Assembly (NCBI GenBank): GCA_963422595.1
Contig: OY730298.1
Span: 244,470-308,469, forward strand
Direction of reading: 5' to 3'
Length of the DNA: 64,000 nt
From: Gammaproteobacteria bacterium
GTDB taxonomy: Bacteria > Pseudomonadota > Gammaproteobacteria > UBA4575
The notes beneath the pieces are model-generated. The model did not search any database. It was not told where the DNA came from and saw only the letters and a list, made by a program, of their open reading frames with translations. How positions within the stretch are numbered: position 1 is the stretch's first letter; each line of letters starts with the position of its first letter. A program made the translations under genes and the position numbers. Below, in pieces: positions 61,197 to 64,000 of this stretch.

Positions 61197-61810
61197 TATC
61201 CTTTCTCGGTTCTCTCAGCATTTGTCGTGGTCGCCATATCTATGCTTGTATCCTGTTCGGTGGTACTCGCCTTTTGCGCTGATTGATGTAATTGCCCATT
61301 TTCTTTCAGACGATTTACAACTTCTCTCGCCGTTTTGTCAGCCCGCAATTCCGCTCTTTGCTACTACCGTCCGGCAACCAAAAAATCCCGGCACAGCGAA
61401 CACCAATCCCATGACCACAAGGGCCGACTCAAGCATGGCTGTGTGCAACGACAATAAATAAAATTGTTAAGAATTTACGTTTTATGCAGGAGGTTTGATG
61501 AAGATAAAAGGGAGAGAAGACGCAATAGGTAAGGTAAATATGATACCCAAAATAATCTTATTTACTTGAAAGCATTTTGCATTGATTTACTCATGGGCTA
61601 CTCTGTCATTTATTGTATCTGGAATTAAGTTATCTGTCATAATATGCTTGTTATTGTCTCACTATGGGTCATTGTGATGGCCATCGCGGTGTGCGAAACG
61701 GTGTGGCAACTGCAACAATCTGATATGAGATATCCTGTCTCGCACGTATAACGATATTGAATCTCCCTGCTAAAAAGTGCAAATTGCAATGTGCTATATA
61801 GGCTAAACAA

Positions 61811-62575
61811 ATGAAAATTGCTTCATGGAATGTAAACTCATTACGTGTTCGACTGCCGCAGGTGTTGGACTGGCTGGAATATAATCCCGTAGACGTGTTG
61901 GCGTTGCAGGAAACGAAATTGGTCAATGAAGATTTTCCTATCGCTGAAATTACCCGGGCCGGCTATCAAGCCCAATATTCCGGACAGAAGTCTTATAACG
62001 GCGTCGCGGTGCTATCAAAACAAACTGGTAATGAGGTGTTGAAGGACGTTGAGGAATTGGAGGATCCACAACGCAGAGTTTTGGCAGTCACAGTGGGTGA
62101 GGTACGGGTGTTAAATCTCTACGTGGTCAATGGTTCGGAGGTGGGTTCAGAAAAATATGCCTATAAGCTCGACTGGCTTAAGAAAGTAACCGGGTTTATA
62201 AAAAAAGACCTTAAAAAATACCCGAAATATGTGGTACTGGGGGATTTTAATATTGCCCCGGAAGATCGGGACGTGCACGATCCGGCACTTTGGAAAGAAA
62301 AGATTTTATGTAGTAGTAAAGAACGCCAGGCCTTGCAAGCTATATTGAATTTGGGTTTTGCAGATACGTTCAGGCTGTTTGAACAGCAGGAAAATAGCTT
62401 TAGCTGGTGGGATTATCGCGCCGCCGCCTTCCGCCGTAATCTGGGGCTGCGCATTGATTTGATTCTGGCCAGCAATCCACTAGCGGTAAATTGTAGTTTC
62501 AGCACTATTGACAAAAAGCCAAGACGCAATCAAAGACCTTCTGATCACGCCCCGGTGATAGCAGAGTTTTTGTAG
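61811..62575 (+). CDS. xthA: exodeoxyribonuclease III
   Basis: MKIASWNVNSLRVR, LQETK, GDFNIAP, SDHAPV. Confidence 0.95.
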   Translation: MKIASWNVNSLRVRLPQVLDWLEYNPVDVLALQETKLVNEDFPIAEITRAGYQAQYSGQKSYNGVAVLSKQTGNEVLKDVEELEDPQRRVLAVTVGEVRVLNLYVVNGSEVGSEKYAYKLDWLKKVTGFIKKDLKKYPKYVVLGDFNIAPEDRDVHDPALWKEKILCSSKERQALQAILNLGFADTFRLFEQQENSFSWWDYRAAAFRRNLGLRIDLILASNPLAVNCSFSTIDKKPRRNQRPSDHAPVIAEFL

Positions 62576-62876
62576 TTAAAACGAGCTGTCTGGCGTCTGA
62601 AAGTTTTTCGGTAAAAATGGCGGGCTTTCAGCATTACCACATAGGGCGGTTAATGTTTCGGTCGCGCCGCTTCATGCGACCGAGGCTTGCTGTGCAGACG
62701 TGTATCAGAGTAGCTCCAGAGCGTATGAATAAATCGGCATTATTCTAACCAGGCGCATATCTATTTTTTAACATTACTGATCATAATGTCTTATAATCCT
62801 TAAAAAATGTTTGCACTTGGTACTGTAAACGGCTGACAGAAACTCTGTTCCACCACATATTATCTGGAGAGGATCA

Positions 62877-63515
62877 ATGCGCAGCATCATGGTAATAAAT
62901 GCAAAAGGCGGGTCTGGCAAAACGACTTTGGCAACTAATCTTGCCTCTTACCTGGCGACGCAAAATAAGAAAGTGGTATTGATGGACTGGGATCCACAGG
63001 GTAGCAGCATGGTCTGGTTAGAGACACGCTCTCCGGCACGGCCGCCAATTCAAGGCATAGCAGCTTATAGGAAGGGGGCGAAGCGCCCTGGACGTAATAC
63101 TGACTATGTGATTATGGACGTGCCAGCCGCTTTACATAAAGGGGCATTGAGCAAAATGGTGGGAAAAGCGCAGAGTATTTTAATCCCGGTATTGCCTTCT
63201 CCGATTGACATACGGGCTGCAAGTGATTTTATTGCCGACATTAAGAGATGCGCGCCACTGCAAAATAAGAAAGCTAAACTGGCCCTGGTGGCAAACCGAT
63301 CGCGTGATTTCACTAATATCTATTGGGAACTGGACGATTTTTTAAGTAAACAGCGCATTCCTTTCTTAACTATGTTGCGAGATAGTCAACATTATATTCG
63401 CAGTGCGCAAAAGGGCCTGGGAATTTTTGAGATGACACCCGCCGCCACTGATTTGGACCGCCAACAATGGCAACCCATTATAAAATGGGTAAAAAGCAAG
63501 CGTAGCCAGCCCTAA
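62877..63515 (+). CDS. small ParA/ParF-type (type Ib-like) partition ATPase, orphan
   Basis: 212 aa with a deviant Walker A including the signature Lys (NAKGGSGKTT), DWDPQGS, and VLPSPIDIRAA (compare ParF VTPSPLDFSAA). No ParG/ParB-like gene lies adjacent. Confidence 0.8.
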   Translation: MRSIMVINAKGGSGKTTLATNLASYLATQNKKVVLMDWDPQGSSMVWLETRSPARPPIQGIAAYRKGAKRPGRNTDYVIMDVPAALHKGALSKMVGKAQSILIPVLPSPIDIRAASDFIADIKRCAPLQNKKAKLALVANRSRDFTNIYWELDDFLSKQRIPFLTMLRDSQHYIRSAQKGLGIFEMTPAATDLDRQQWQPIIKWVKSKRSQP

Positions 63516-63581
63516 AACACGACTGGCACGAGGTATTGCCGCGCTTTCTAAAATCGGTGCTGATAACTAAGAGGGCACTAA

Positions 63582-64000
63582 ATGAATATACCCAAACCGT
63601 CAGAGGTGATTGCGCGGGCGTTTAATTATTCACTGTTGTCCATGGTTATATTGTTTAATGGCAATGCGGTGGCGATAGCTGACTCGATTGACAAAGCTGA
63701 CTATGTGCTTGTTAAGAAGGCTGAACGCAAACTTTACCTGTATCGCCGCAGTGAAGTTTTGAAAATCTACCGCGTCTCTTTAGGCAAACAGCCCAATGGA
63801 CATAAACAACGATCAGGGGATTCGCGTACTCCCGAGGGTGTTTATACATTAGATTGGCGTAAATCGGATAGTAAGTTCTTTCGTGCTATCCATATTTCGT
63901 ACCCCAGTATTAGCGACCGTCGCGATGCGCGTGAGCGTGGCGATGACCCTGGCGGTGCAATTATGATTCATGGACAACCTGTTAGTCGGGCTGAAAAAGC
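63582..64000 (+). CDS. L,D-transpeptidase (YkuD) domain protein, 3' end truncated by the window end
   Basis: Own translation from ATG 63582: a signal-like N-terminus, then YkuD-domain motifs (YRVSLGK, GDSRTPEGVYTL, HISYP, GGAIMIHGQ). Confidence 0.75.
   Translation, partial: MNIPKPSEVIARAFNYSLLSMVILFNGNAVAIADSIDKADYVLVKKAERKLYLYRRSEVLKIYRVSLGKQPNGHKQRSGDSRTPEGVYTLDWRKSDSKFFRAIHISYPSISDRRDARERGDDPGGAIMIHGQPVSRAEK

Overview
This is a 64 kb chromosomal window from a Gram-negative, probably gammaproteobacterial genome (about 50% GC). It carries gammaproteobacterial microsynteny: rplM-rpsI, def-fmt beside dprA-topA, and rpoD followed by an ileX-like tRNA. The coding density is high and mostly housekeeping: rpiA, rpsI/rplM, coq7, speD, rpoD, the pyruvate dehydrogenase genes aceE/aceF, metY, gpmI, hisBHAF-hisE-tatABC, dtd, trkAH, an ntrYX-like two-component pair, def/fmt, dprA, topA, tsaC, hemF, hemB, aroE, ubiA, purC, purEK, rpe, trpEGDC, zur, xthA.

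Four things stand out. (1) An AT-rich, low-complexity island at roughly 20.3-22.4 kb lies between metY and a porin gene. It encodes a membrane-anchored coiled-coil protein built from twelve in-frame 21-bp tandem repeats, a gene interrupted at a T8 homopolymer, and a small protein with a coiled coil and a C-terminal transmembrane helix. A porin gene and a putative lipoprotein gene follow. This looks like a variable envelope-associated module. (2) A perfect 17-bp Zur-box palindrome sits immediately upstream of a zur gene that is followed by a gene for a MerC-like membrane protein. Next to it is an AT-rich scar containing a truncated ImmA/IrrE peptidase remnant. (3) A family of short repeats with hairpin and inverted-repeat features flanks purC and fills the purC/purE divergent promoter. 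(4) A patatin-like phospholipase gene is broken by at least two frameshifts.

Smaller observations: an orphan ParF-type ATPase; an Fe-S protein whose stop overlaps the coq7 start; a 42-aa membrane mini-ORF after the YeiH-family transporter gene; and missing rsmB and hisI in otherwise conserved arrays.

No CRISPR array, rRNA, intact transposase or integrase was found.
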